Assembly: GCA_964650295.1 (NCBI GenBank)
Contig: CAZYSY010000039.1
Location: 1 to 56,011, forward strand
DNA from: an uncultured Caldilineales bacterium
GTDB taxonomy: Bacteria > Chloroflexota > Anaerolineae > J102
Reading direction: 5' to 3'
Length of the DNA stretch: 56,011 bases
This document shows positions 1 through 8,540 of this stretch, in pieces; the stretch's first letter is position 1; each line of letters opens with the position of its first letter. The position numbers were made by a program, and so were the translations under genes. The notes beneath the pieces were generated by a model, which worked only from the letters and a program-made list of their open reading frames with translations, ran no database searches and was not told where the DNA came from.

Positions 1-9
1 AGAGACACA

Positions 10-1179
10 ATGATCCTCCTCGACGCGCCCTACGTCTCCGATCTCCTCAAAAACACCATCCGCGAGCACGACCTGCCCGTGGTGGCCACGCCCGCGGCCG
101 CGGCGTTTCTCGACGCCCGGATGCCCATCATCAGCGAGGATGAGGCCATCGCCCGGGCCCGGTCCGTCGCCCACCCCCGGCTCTACACCAACTCCGAAAA
201 CGCCATCGGCTGGATCGCCCGGCATTTGGCCTTCACCGATCTGCCCGAGAAGATCGATCTCTTCAAGGACAAGCTTCGCTTCCGCCGCCTGACGCAGCGG
301 ATGTATCCCGATTTCTTCTTTCAGGAAGTCGCGTGGGAGGAGTTGGACGCGCTGGATGTGAACGCCATCCCCGCGCCCTTCATCATCAAACCCGCGGTGG
401 GATTTTTCAGCATGGGCGTTTACAAGGTGATCGACGCCGCGGCCTGGCCCGAAACCCTGGCCGCCATCCACGCGGAGATGGACGCAGTGCGGGACCTGTA
501 CCCGCCCGAAGTCATGGACGCCGCCAGCTTCATCATCGAGCAGAACATCGAAGGCGAGGAATACGCGTTCGACGCCTGGTTCGATGAGAGGGGCCATCCC
601 CACATCGCGGGCATCTACAAGCATCTATTCTCCTCCGACGAAGACACCAGCGACCGGGTTTATGTCACGTCCCGGGACATCATCGAGGCCCATCTGGACG
701 CATTCACCCGCTTCCTGGCCGAGATCGGGCGCCTGACCGAGGTGCGGAACTTCCCCCTGCACGCCGAGATCCGCATCACACCCGCGGGCCAGCTGCTCCC
801 CATCGAGATCAACCCGATGCGCTTCGGCGGCTGGTGCACCACCGCGGATATGACCGCACACGCCTTCGGCCTGAACCCCTATGTGGCCTATCTGCACAAC
901 CAGCCCCCTGACTGGCCCGCTCTCCTGGCCGATAAGGGCGACGAAGTGTACGCGCTCATCGTGCTGGATAACAGCACCGGCCTCCCGGGCGAGGCCATCG
1001 CCGCGTTCGATTACGAAAAACTGGCCGCGACCTGCCATCAGGCGCTGGAGGTGCGGCCCATCGACTGGCGGGCGTGGCCCGTGTTCGGGTTTATGTTCGT
1101 GCGGGCCACGGGCGAAGACAGCCCCGAACTCCACCGCATCCTCACCTCCAACTTGCGGGAATTCGTGACGACTGAATGA
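10..1179 (+). CDS. ATP-grasp domain protein (carboxylate-amine ligase-like), substrate unknown
   Basis: 389 aa; ATP-grasp motifs FIIKPAVGFFSMGV, FIIEQNIEGEEY and C-terminal HAEIR...IEINPMRFGG. Confidence 0.85.
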   Translation: MILLDAPYVSDLLKNTIREHDLPVVATPAAAAFLDARMPIISEDEAIARARSVAHPRLYTNSENAIGWIARHLAFTDLPEKIDLFKDKLRFRRLTQRMYPDFFFQEVAWEELDALDVNAIPAPFIIKPAVGFFSMGVYKVIDAAAWPETLAAIHAEMDAVRDLYPPEVMDAASFIIEQNIEGEEYAFDAWFDERGHPHIAGIYKHLFSSDEDTSDRVYVTSRDIIEAHLDAFTRFLAEIGRLTEVRNFPLHAEIRITPAGQLLPIEINPMRFGGWCTTADMTAHAFGLNPYVAYLHNQPPDWPALLADKGDEVYALIVLDNSTGLPGEAIAAFDYEKLAATCHQALEVRPIDWRAWPVFGFMFVRATGEDSPELHRILTSNLREFVTTE

Positions 1180-1249
1180 TTGGGAGGGCCGACAAATCGC
1201 ACTGCAGTGGGGCCTGTCATTCAAACGAATTTCACAAAGGGAAAAGATG

Positions 1250-1258
1250 TGGTAAAAT
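1250..1258 (+). promoter_or_regulatory. Extended -10 promoter (TG-G-TAAAAT) for the vapBC pair
   Basis: tggtaaaat about 40 nt upstream of ATG 1298; RBS aaggag at 1285-1290. Confidence 0.55.
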
Positions 1259-1297
1259 CACTCCAAGATGGTCATAATGACCACAAGGAGCACTCGA

Positions 1298-1642
1298 ATG
1301 AAAACTCTCAATGTCGTCGAAGCGAAAAGCAAATTCTCAGATTATCTCTCCCGGGCAGCCTCTGGCGAACGGTTCATCATCCAGCGAAGGGGACGGCAAC
1401 TGGCCGCACTCATTGGCGTGGATGAACTGGCCCAACTGGAACGATCACGGGCGATGCTGCGCCGCCTTGCCCTGTCGTTGGGACAGACGCCCGACCTGCT
1501 GGACAGGATTGAGCGCGAAGAGGCGCATCCTGCGATGGCTGCGTTTGGGCTCTGGGCCGATGAGGATGACCTGGATGAGCTGAATGAGAGCATCCGGGCC
1601 AATCGCGATCACCAACCCTCTCGCCCTGTCATCGAGCTATGA
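1298..1642 (+). CDS. vapB: Phd/YefM-family antitoxin (VapB)
   Basis: N-terminus MKTLNVVEAKSKFSDYLSRAASGERFIIQRRGRQLAALI is the Phd/YefM DNA-binding fold; start moved to 1298 behind aaggag; ATGA overlap with the PIN gene. Confidence 0.88.
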   Translation: MKTLNVVEAKSKFSDYLSRAASGERFIIQRRGRQLAALIGVDELAQLERSRAMLRRLALSLGQTPDLLDRIEREEAHPAMAAFGLWADEDDLDELNESIRANRDHQPSRPVIEL

Positions 1643-2031
1643 AACTGCTGGACACAGATCATTGGGTGGCGCTTTTGCGCGGGCGGCTCTCACTTGAAGG
1701 GAGAGTCTCGCCCGACGAACCGCTGGCCATCACCGCCATTAGCGTGGCTGAACTGACGCACGGGGCCAGCAAATCAGCCCGGGCGGAAGAAAATCTTGCC
1801 CGGCTCGACATTCTCCTGGCGACTTTGATCATTCTCCCCTTCGATGAGGCTGCCGCCCGACGTTTCGGCGCACTCAAAGCCGTTTTGGAGCAATCCGGCA
1901 ACCGCCTGGCTGACCTTGATTTGCAGATCGCCAGCATTGCATGGGCCAACGATTTACCCCTTATCACGCACAATACCCGCCATTTCACCCGCATCACCGG
2001 CCTGCAACTGGACGACTGGCTGGTCGACTGA
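1639..2031 (+). CDS. vapC: PIN-domain toxin (VapC)
   Basis: 130 aa; acidic PIN residues LLDTD, SVAELTHG, DLQIA, LITHNTRHF. Confidence 0.92.
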   Translation: MKLLDTDHWVALLRGRLSLEGRVSPDEPLAITAISVAELTHGASKSARAEENLARLDILLATLIILPFDEAAARRFGALKAVLEQSGNRLADLDLQIASIAWANDLPLITHNTRHFTRITGLQLDDWLVD

Positions 2032-2041
2032 CGCCCTATTT

Positions 2042-3070
2042 ATGCCCACCATCATCACCGATCCCGCCCGCTTCGACGACATTCTGCTGCGCTTTGAGCG
2101 CCCGCACGTGCTGCAAACCAGCCACTGGGCCGCGCTGAAAGCGCCCGTGTGGTCGGGGCAACACATTGTATGGGGAGATGACACCTCGCCCGAGGCCGCA
2201 GCCAGCATCCTCACCCGCAGCCTGGGACGGCTGCCCGTCAAAATCCAGTACGCGCCCAAGGGCCCCATCGTCCGCCCGGACATTGCGGTGTGGGAGAAGC
2301 TGCTGCCTGAGCTGGAAGCGCACGCCCTCCGCAGCCGGGCCCTGTTCATCAAGATCGATCCCGACGTGGATGCGGAAAGCGAGTTGGGGCGGGCGTTGAT
2401 GGCGCTGCTGCAGGAGCGGGGCTGGGTGTTCAGCGCCGACCAGATCCAGTTCCGCAACACGGTGCTTTCCGATCTGACAGTGGGCGAGGAGGCGCTGCTG
2501 GCCGGAATGAAGCAGAAGACCCGCTACAACATCCGTCTGGCCGGGCGCCGGGGCGTGGTGGTGACCCCCAGCGACGATTTCGGCGCGTTTTACGACCTCT
2601 ATGCAGAGACCTCCGCCCGGGATAACTTTCTCATCCGCCCCCGGGACTACTATCTGCGGGTGATGAATCGTCTGCAAAAAAATGACCTGGGTCAGTTATT
2701 TTTCGCAATTAACGAGGAAAAATCAACTGCAGGACTGTTTTTGTTCCGTTTCGGGCCTACGGCCTGGTATTTCTACGGCGCATCCGGCAGTCAAGGCCGC
2801 CGCAATATGCCCACCTACTTGCTGCAATGGGAGGCGATGCGCTGGGCCATGGCGCAGGGCTGCATCACCTACGACTGGTGGGGCGCACCCGACGAGCTGG
2901 ATGAGAGCGATCCCATGTGGGGCGTGTATCGCTTCAAGGAGGGCTTTGGCGGGCGCTTCACCCGCTGGATCGGCGCCTGGGATTACGCGCCCAACCGCAC
3001 GCTGTATCGGGCCTATACCCAGGCCATGCCCAAAGTGCTGGACTTGATGCGGCGACAACACAAAAAGTGA
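2042..3070 (+). CDS. FemAB/FemX-family peptidoglycan bridge peptidyltransferase
   Basis: HVLQTSHWAALK, YAPKGP, MKQKTRYNIRLA, LLQWEAMRWA, GVYRFKEGFGG; true start ATG 2042 (ORF extension to 1844 overlaps vapC). Confidence 0.9.
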   Translation: MPTIITDPARFDDILLRFERPHVLQTSHWAALKAPVWSGQHIVWGDDTSPEAAASILTRSLGRLPVKIQYAPKGPIVRPDIAVWEKLLPELEAHALRSRALFIKIDPDVDAESELGRALMALLQERGWVFSADQIQFRNTVLSDLTVGEEALLAGMKQKTRYNIRLAGRRGVVVTPSDDFGAFYDLYAETSARDNFLIRPRDYYLRVMNRLQKNDLGQLFFAINEEKSTAGLFLFRFGPTAWYFYGASGSQGRRNMPTYLLQWEAMRWAMAQGCITYDWWGAPDELDESDPMWGVYRFKEGFGGRFTRWIGAWDYAPNRTLYRAYTQAMPKVLDLMRRQHKK

Positions 3071-3095
3071 TGGTCGTCAGCGACTGAAAGCGTAT

Positions 3096-3479
3096 TCAGG
3101 CCTGCTTCCCGGTCAGGACATCCAGAACACGGAAAAGCGTCATTGGCTGTGATGACAGCGTCTTCCCCGACTCGCCAACGTGTACGTGATGCGGAAACCC
3201 ATCCAGTCCGGGATAGTGAGGTGTGTTATCCCAACGTCGCAACAATGTCCCCTCGGCGTCAGCCCAATGATAACTGTATGTGACGACCTCAATGTCTCCG
3301 GCCTCCGTCACCTGAAAATATTCAGCGAATTCCAGCATCGATTCATCTGACAGAAACAATCGCGCCCGAATGAATCCATCTTGAACGCTGACCCGCTCCC
3401 TGCGGATATGGAACCTCAGGACAAATGGATCCGTAACCAGCCGTTCCTTGATAGCATCGAGATACGCTGCGGGGGTCAG
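3096..3479 (-). CDS. DUF6516/TumE-family toxin, probably CTG start
   Basis: YSYHW...RRWDNTPHY...FPHHVH motif; frame stays open 40 codons upstream of the listed ORF (LTPAAYLDAIKERLVTDPFV...) to a CTG overlapping the upstream TGA. Confidence 0.8.
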   Translation of the reverse strand: MTPAAYLDAIKERLVTDPFVLRFHIRRERVSVQDGFIRARLFLSDESMLEFAEYFQVTEAGDIEVVTYSYHWADAEGTLLRRWDNTPHYPGLDGFPHHVHVGESGKTLSSQPMTLFRVLDVLTGKQA

Positions 3480-3811
3480 AACTCAGATTCCAGCAACGCA
3501 AGCCGTTCTTTCGCATTCTCACGCATCTGGATCAGCGAAGCCCATTCCACGAAGTCCATACGATCGTCAGTCTCCCCTGCTTGCCATTGCCGATAGAATT
3601 CCTCGGAACTCATACCATACTGTTCTTCGAATTCCGTCAAATCTGCCTGAATTTGCTGCATCAAACGAAGACTTTCCTCGCGCTCCATCTCGAAGAGCTT
3701 TTCCAGCGTGCGCGCCATTACATCGCTGACCTGTTGCTTGCGAACAAGCTGAGCCAGACGTTCCAGACGGTTGGCAGTAAGTTGGCTAGATGAATAGTCG
3801 ATCAGGGTCAT
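3476..3811 (-). CDS. Antitoxin partner (TumA-like)
   Basis: LTEFEEQYGMSSEEFYRQWQAGETDDRMDFVEWASL motif; start ATG 3811 has GGAG RBS, whereas ATG 3844 overlaps the -10 box. Confidence 0.75.
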   Translation of the reverse strand: MTLIDYSSSQLTANRLERLAQLVRKQQVSDVMARTLEKLFEMEREESLRLMQQIQADLTEFEEQYGMSSEEFYRQWQAGETDDRMDFVEWASLIQMRENAKERLALLESEF

Positions 3812-3842
3812 AACTGGACTCCAAAGGAAATTGATCTGGTTC

Positions 3843-3871
3843 ATTATACGTCATTCTGGCCAATGGCTCAA
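3843..3871 (-). promoter_or_regulatory. sigma70-type promoter of the second TA pair
   Basis: Minus strand TTGAGC (3871-3866) - 17 nt - TATAAT (3848-3843). Confidence 0.65.
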
Positions 3872-3909
3872 AGATTTTTACACATCATGCTTTTTATGGT
3901 AACCAATCC

Positions 3910-4124
3910 TTGAACATCGCCCGACTGTATGACCTGATGGCCCCGGTTTACGGCCCGGCATGGCGGATCATCCGTCCGTGGCGGGCCTATTCGGCCGCGG
4001 CGCTGGCCTGGCTGCCCAATGAGGCCGCGCGGGCCTGAAAATCATCGAAAAACGGGAATTCGGCGCATTCCACAGCATCCGCATCACCGTGGGAAGAAAA
4101 TCAAGCCCCAAAAACCACTCGTGA
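3910..4124 (+). pseudogene. Probable internally deleted class I SAM methyltransferase remnant
   Basis: LNIARLYDLMAPVYGPAWRIIRPWRAYSAAALAWLPNE joined out of frame to AGLKIIEKREFGAFHSIRITVGRKSSPKNHS*; these resemble methyltransferase N- and C-termini with the SAM-binding core missing. Confidence 0.45.
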
Positions 4125-4182
4125 TACAATGACGGAGAATCAAATCCTCTTATCCTCTTGAACGCTTGCCACATCAAGGTTG

Positions 4183-4282
4183 ACCACAGGAACACAGAGC
4201 CACACGGAGGCAAATCGGAGATTCACAGAGAAAAAGAACCTCTACGCATCTCTATGAATCTCCCTATATCCTCTGTGCAACC
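4183..4282. repeat. Periodic palindromic intergenic element A
   Basis: acacagag/acacggag/aatcggag/tcacagag at about 10-nt period, followed by complementary ctctacgc/ctctatga/ctccctat/ctctgtgc. Confidence 0.7.
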
Positions 4283-4308
4283 ACTATTCCAACGCTCCTC
4301 AAACCACA

Positions 4309-4974
4309 ATGTCCGACAATTCCCCCGCGCTCACGCCCGAAGACCCGCCCGAAGCCCGCATCCGCGAGATCATCCGCCGTCTGCGCATCGCCCATCCCGA
4401 CGCGCACTGCGAGCTCATCCACGAAGACCCCTGGCAGCTGCTGGTCGCCACCATCCTTTCCGCCCAGTGCACCGACGAGCGGGTGAACAAGGTCACGCCC
4501 ATCCTGTTCGAGCGCTTTCCCACGCCGCGGGCCATGGCCGATGCCGATCGGGCGGAAATCGAGGCCATCGTGCGGCCCACGGGCTTTTATCGCAACAAGG
4601 CTCGCTTCATCCACGAAGCTGCACAGCGCATCGCTTACGACTACGACGGCGCCATCCCGCCCGATATGCAGCACCTGCTGGAACTGCCGGGCGTGGCCCG
4701 CAAGACCGCGAATGTGGTGCTGGGCGTGGGCTTCAACATCGCAGATGGCATCGTGGTGGACACCCACGTCAAGCGCATCGCCAAACGCTTGGGCCTGACC
4801 CGGCATACCGATCCCAAGAAGGTGGAGCAGGACTTGATGAAGCTGGTCCCGCGGGAGGACTGGATCGACTTCTCGCATCTGATGATCTTTCACGGGCGGC
4901 GGGTGTGTAAAGCCCGCAAACCCGACTGCCTCAACTGCATCCTCAACGACCTCTGTCCTTCGGCGCTGACCTGA
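4309..4974 (+). CDS. nth: Endonuclease III
   Basis: LVATILSAQCTDERVN, HhH LPGVARKTANVVLG, VDTHVKR, [4Fe-4S] CKARKPDCLNCILNDLC. Confidence 0.97.
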   Translation: MSDNSPALTPEDPPEARIREIIRRLRIAHPDAHCELIHEDPWQLLVATILSAQCTDERVNKVTPILFERFPTPRAMADADRAEIEAIVRPTGFYRNKARFIHEAAQRIAYDYDGAIPPDMQHLLELPGVARKTANVVLGVGFNIADGIVVDTHVKRIAKRLGLTRHTDPKKVEQDLMKLVPREDWIDFSHLMIFHGRRVCKARKPDCLNCILNDLCPSALT

Positions 4975-4992
4975 TGCCCGAACAACAGCCTG

Positions 4993-6285
4993 ATGCCTGA
5001 CGACATCCAGGCCCGACTCAACCGATTGCGCAAGGCGGGACGACTTCGCCGCCGCCCGAAGCCGCGCGGGCCTGTGCCGCCCCCCGATGAGCAGCTCCCG
5101 TCACTCCAACAGTCCCCAGCGCCCGATGCAGCCACCGATGCGCAGTGTCTGACTGATCTGCCGGGGATGGAGCAGGTGGAGGGAGATTGGGGACCGTACC
5201 TGTTGCGCATGGTGCGCTATCCGCTGGCGCATCAGCAGGGGCGGGTGAGCCTGGGCGATCTACTGGGGCTACCGCCCGAAGCCGCCGCGCAGCTGGCCCG
5301 GGATTTCGACTTCCGGCAGGTGGTGTTTCTGGACACAGAGACATCGGGGCTGGCCAGCGGCGCGGGCGCCATTGTCTTCCTCACCGGCGTGGGCGTTTTT
5401 GAGGAGGATGCGTATGTGGTGCGGCAGTATTTCGCCCGCAATCCTGCGGAAGAACGGGCTTACCTGCCCGATCTGGCCCGATTCATCGAAGCAGGTGGAG
5501 GATTAGTCACCTTCAACGGTCGATCCTTCGACTGGCCTCTGCTGCGCTCCCGCTTCATCCTCAGCGGCATCCGCCCGCCCGATGAGGACCCGCACGTGGA
5601 CCTGCTGCATCTGGCCCGGCGGCTGTGGCGGCCGCGGCTGGGCGCGTGCAATTTCGGCAATCTAGAACGACGCATCCTGGCCTATCAGCGCAGCGGCCTG
5701 GACATCCCTTCCTATATGATCCCCGGGATGTGGTTCAACTTCGCCCGGGGACAGGGCAGCGTACGGGAAATGGAGGCGGTGCTGTATCACAATCTGGAAG
5801 ATATCGTCAGTATGGCGCCGCTGGCCCACATCATCGCGGGGACTCTGGCCGGGGTGATAGAGCCGCATCCCCAGGACTGGCTGGCGCTGGGCCGGGTCTG
5901 GCAGCGATCGGGCGATGTGGCAGGGGCGGAACGAGCCTATCGCCGGGCGCTGGAAAGCCCGCAGCCACCCGCACACCGGGCGCAGGCGATGCGGGAGCTG
6001 GCGCTGCTGCTGAAACGGCAGGAGCGGCAGGAGGAAGCAGCCATCTGGTGGGAGGCGCTGGCTGCGATGAACCGCCCCAACGACGTGGAGGCGCTGGTGG
6101 AGCTGGCCAAATATCACGAATGGCACACGGGCGACATCGAAAAAGCCCGGGCGTGGACGCTGGAGGCCATCACCCGGGCGGAAAACTGGTCATCACTCTA
6201 TCGACGCAGAGAGATGCTGGCCGAACTCAGACATCGATGGCAGCGGTTGGAACGAAAACTGGGGCAGGAACGCAGAAAAAACTGA
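4993..6285 (+). CDS. RNase H-like DEDDh exonuclease with C-terminal TPR-like helices (YprB/MrfB-like)
   Basis: FLDTETSGL, TFNGRSFDWP, HNLEDI; helical C-terminus ending VELAKYHEWH...LERKL. Confidence 0.85.
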   Translation: MPDDIQARLNRLRKAGRLRRRPKPRGPVPPPDEQLPSLQQSPAPDAATDAQCLTDLPGMEQVEGDWGPYLLRMVRYPLAHQQGRVSLGDLLGLPPEAAAQLARDFDFRQVVFLDTETSGLASGAGAIVFLTGVGVFEEDAYVVRQYFARNPAEERAYLPDLARFIEAGGGLVTFNGRSFDWPLLRSRFILSGIRPPDEDPHVDLLHLARRLWRPRLGACNFGNLERRILAYQRSGLDIPSYMIPGMWFNFARGQGSVREMEAVLYHNLEDIVSMAPLAHIIAGTLAGVIEPHPQDWLALGRVWQRSGDVAGAERAYRRALESPQPPAHRAQAMRELALLLKRQERQEEAAIWWEALAAMNRPNDVEALVELAKYHEWHTGDIEKARAWTLEAITRAENWSSLYRRREMLAELRHRWQRLERKLGQERRKN

Positions 6286-6357
6286 TCACCGCAGATTAAG
6301 ATGGAAAAAGTAGGATGATCTGCGAAAATCTGCGTCCGTCAGCGTCATCTGCGTTCT
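6269..6357. repeat. Periodic palindromic element B between convergent genes
   Basis: aacgcaga/accgcagat followed by atctgcga/atctgcgt/tcagcgt/atctgcgtt; overlaps the stop codon at 6283-6285. Confidence 0.7.
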
Positions 6358-6363
6358 CTTGCG

Positions 6364-7479
6364 TCAGGGCTCTTGCGGCGTGGGGATGAATTCGGTCGTC
6401 TCTTCACGCGGGGTCACCAGCCAAACTTCCGGGAAGATGGGATGTTTGAATGCCTGCGGATCGACCGCGATTTCATCGATGACGCTGATAATGCCGGGCG
6501 TGTTGCGGATGATCTCCAAAATCACATCCTGTACGGCCTGACTGGGCGCCTTGCCGGTCACGGTGGCGATGCGATTGCGGATGAGCACATCCACCGGATA
6601 CAGACTGGCCACCGGATCATCCAGCAGCCGTTGCTGCACTCGCAGCTCCAGCTCGCGATCAGTGGTGATCTCGTTGGTGACGCTGAGCACGCCCGGAACG
6701 GAACGGGCCGCGGCCTCGATGCGGCGGCGATCATCCAGCGAAGCGCTGTGCCCGCGCAACAGCACGTGTCCCTTGTCCACGAATACGCCCAGATGCTCCA
6801 CGTCCACGCCCAGAGCGGCGATGGCCTGACGCACCAGCCGGGCCAGGGTTGCGTCTCGCTTTGCTGGTATGTAGGGCGGCAATGCGGCAAGTGATTCTTT
6901 CTCTAAGTTCAATACCACAGCGTCAGGCTGCCACGCTTTGACCTGCGAAGCCGCTACGACCACGCGGCGACGCCGAATGTTAGGGAGTCTCACCACCAAA
7001 TAAAGTAGCTTGCGGGCGTCCGGATCGATCACCACATGATCCACCGTGCCCACCCGTTCTCCTGACGCGGAAAAAACGCGGGACCCTTTGCCGACCAGCA
7101 CTTCATCGTCATCCACACCGCTCACGATGTGAACGCGTACAGCGGGCCGGGGCAACTCTTCGGCCATGACGCCATAAATATCTTGCCAATAGAGACGACC
7201 ATCGGTATGCGCAGCTGAAACAGTTTCTTCCGGTTCGACAAACTCTGTGCGCACAAATTGACGAGCGTGGCGCACCAACGATTTCTCGACAGAAAGATGG
7301 ATGGCGCCATCCTCATCGATGTGGTCGATATAGCGGGCCGAAAGCACGCGGGCGCCACGAAACAGATCGCATTTAATGATCAGATCACTGACTTCCTGGG
7401 TCTCAGGTTCAAGCACAACATATTGCAGCACACCGACCTTCCCGTCGGTAGCGTAAACAGGCGAACCGATTTGCAACAT
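6364..7479 (-). CDS. Two PRC-barrel plus two BON domain protein
   Basis: IGSPVYATDGKVGVLQYVV and VFSASGERVGTVDHVV (PRC); VDKGHVLLRG...VPGVLSVTNEI and TVTG...TPGIISVIDEI (BON); GGAGGT RBS before ATG 7479. Confidence 0.82.
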   Translation of the reverse strand: MLQIGSPVYATDGKVGVLQYVVLEPETQEVSDLIIKCDLFRGARVLSARYIDHIDEDGAIHLSVEKSLVRHARQFVRTEFVEPEETVSAAHTDGRLYWQDIYGVMAEELPRPAVRVHIVSGVDDDEVLVGKGSRVFSASGERVGTVDHVVIDPDARKLLYLVVRLPNIRRRRVVVAASQVKAWQPDAVVLNLEKESLAALPPYIPAKRDATLARLVRQAIAALGVDVEHLGVFVDKGHVLLRGHSASLDDRRRIEAAARSVPGVLSVTNEITTDRELELRVQQRLLDDPVASLYPVDVLIRNRIATVTGKAPSQAVQDVILEIIRNTPGIISVIDEIAVDPQAFKHPIFPEVWLVTPREETTEFIPTPQEP

Positions 7480-7642
7480 GGCAAACACCTCCGTGTGGTT
7501 TCGGAATTGCATGACCCAATTAGGGATCATGCTACGTTTTAACCTTAGCACCAGAAGATAAGAACTATGTTGGAATGGTGTAAGAAAAACACAAGTCCCC
7601 CACCAATACGAGAGCCCCAGGCATGATAACGTTTTTTTTCAA

Positions 7643-8251
7643 TCAATCATAATCTTCGAGAATGGCGCTATTGGTGCGAATCTGCTGAGCGATACGCTGA
7701 AGTGAAATATTCGCTCGCTCGTCCAAATTGCCGATCAGATCATGACGGATGGCAATCGTCAGCTTTGCCAGTTCTCGCATCAGGAGGTCCTCATCTTCGT
7801 CCGTGATCGTCGATTCTCCACCGGTGTCGGGCGCATCGATGAGATTCGTAAAGGTGCGAATGAACTGTTCAAACTGCATCAGCACAGCAGGCGCCGCCAC
7901 CAGCGCCAATTTATGATTGAGAAATTTCAAAGTGACAATGTCTTTTTCGTTGGCTTCCCCGGCGAGCATGATATTTTTGAGATGCTCCAACAAATCCATG
8001 TAGATATCACTCTTGAGATCGAGGTATTTGATACTTTCTTCCTTCTTTAGTTCGACCTCAGTCTGCTTATTCAACAACACTGCAGTGATCAAGATGGTAA
8101 TAATCGCGCCTACAAAAGCAAGTATGACTTCCTGCGAGAAAGGGAGTCCGTCGGAAAAGTCATATGCGTATCGAAAGAACAGATAGCTGAGGATGATCAG
8201 CAAAATGCTTAGAGTAAGAAAGATGAGTGTATCGCGTTTGGTTTTATGCAT
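7643..8251 (-). CDS. Hypothetical membrane protein (2 N-terminal TM helices plus helical domain)
   Basis: About 200 aa ORF, two hydrophobic segments, AT-rich codons; no family recognised. Confidence 0.6.
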   Translation of the reverse strand: MHKTKRDTLIFLTLSILLIILSYLFFRYAYDFSDGLPFSQEVILAFVGAIITILITAVLLNKQTEVELKKEESIKYLDLKSDIYMDLLEHLKNIMLAGEANEKDIVTLKFLNHKLALVAAPAVLMQFEQFIRTFTNLIDAPDTGGESTITDEDEDLLMRELAKLTIAIRHDLIGNLDERANISLQRIAQQIRTNSAILEDYD

Positions 8252-8540
8252 GGTCAAGGAGAATTTAAGATGATGTCTGATGTGCGCTTTTCTGTGCCCA
8301 AAACGGGCATTGACGCTTGAATCCGCCGTCCGATACGCAGACGGAGGGAAGCCAGGACGAACATAGACGGACGAAGGAAGGTGCTGTTTTGATTTCTTTT
8401 GGTCGATTTTTGTTTATGTTCGTCGGCTTGTCTAGTGAGATTGCTTCATGGCCCGTTGAAGCGCCATAAAAAGTTGCGCTGCGCCCGCTGAGATTCAAAA
8501 AAAGTCCGTATCTTGTTTACAAATGGAGCCGACGCTATGT

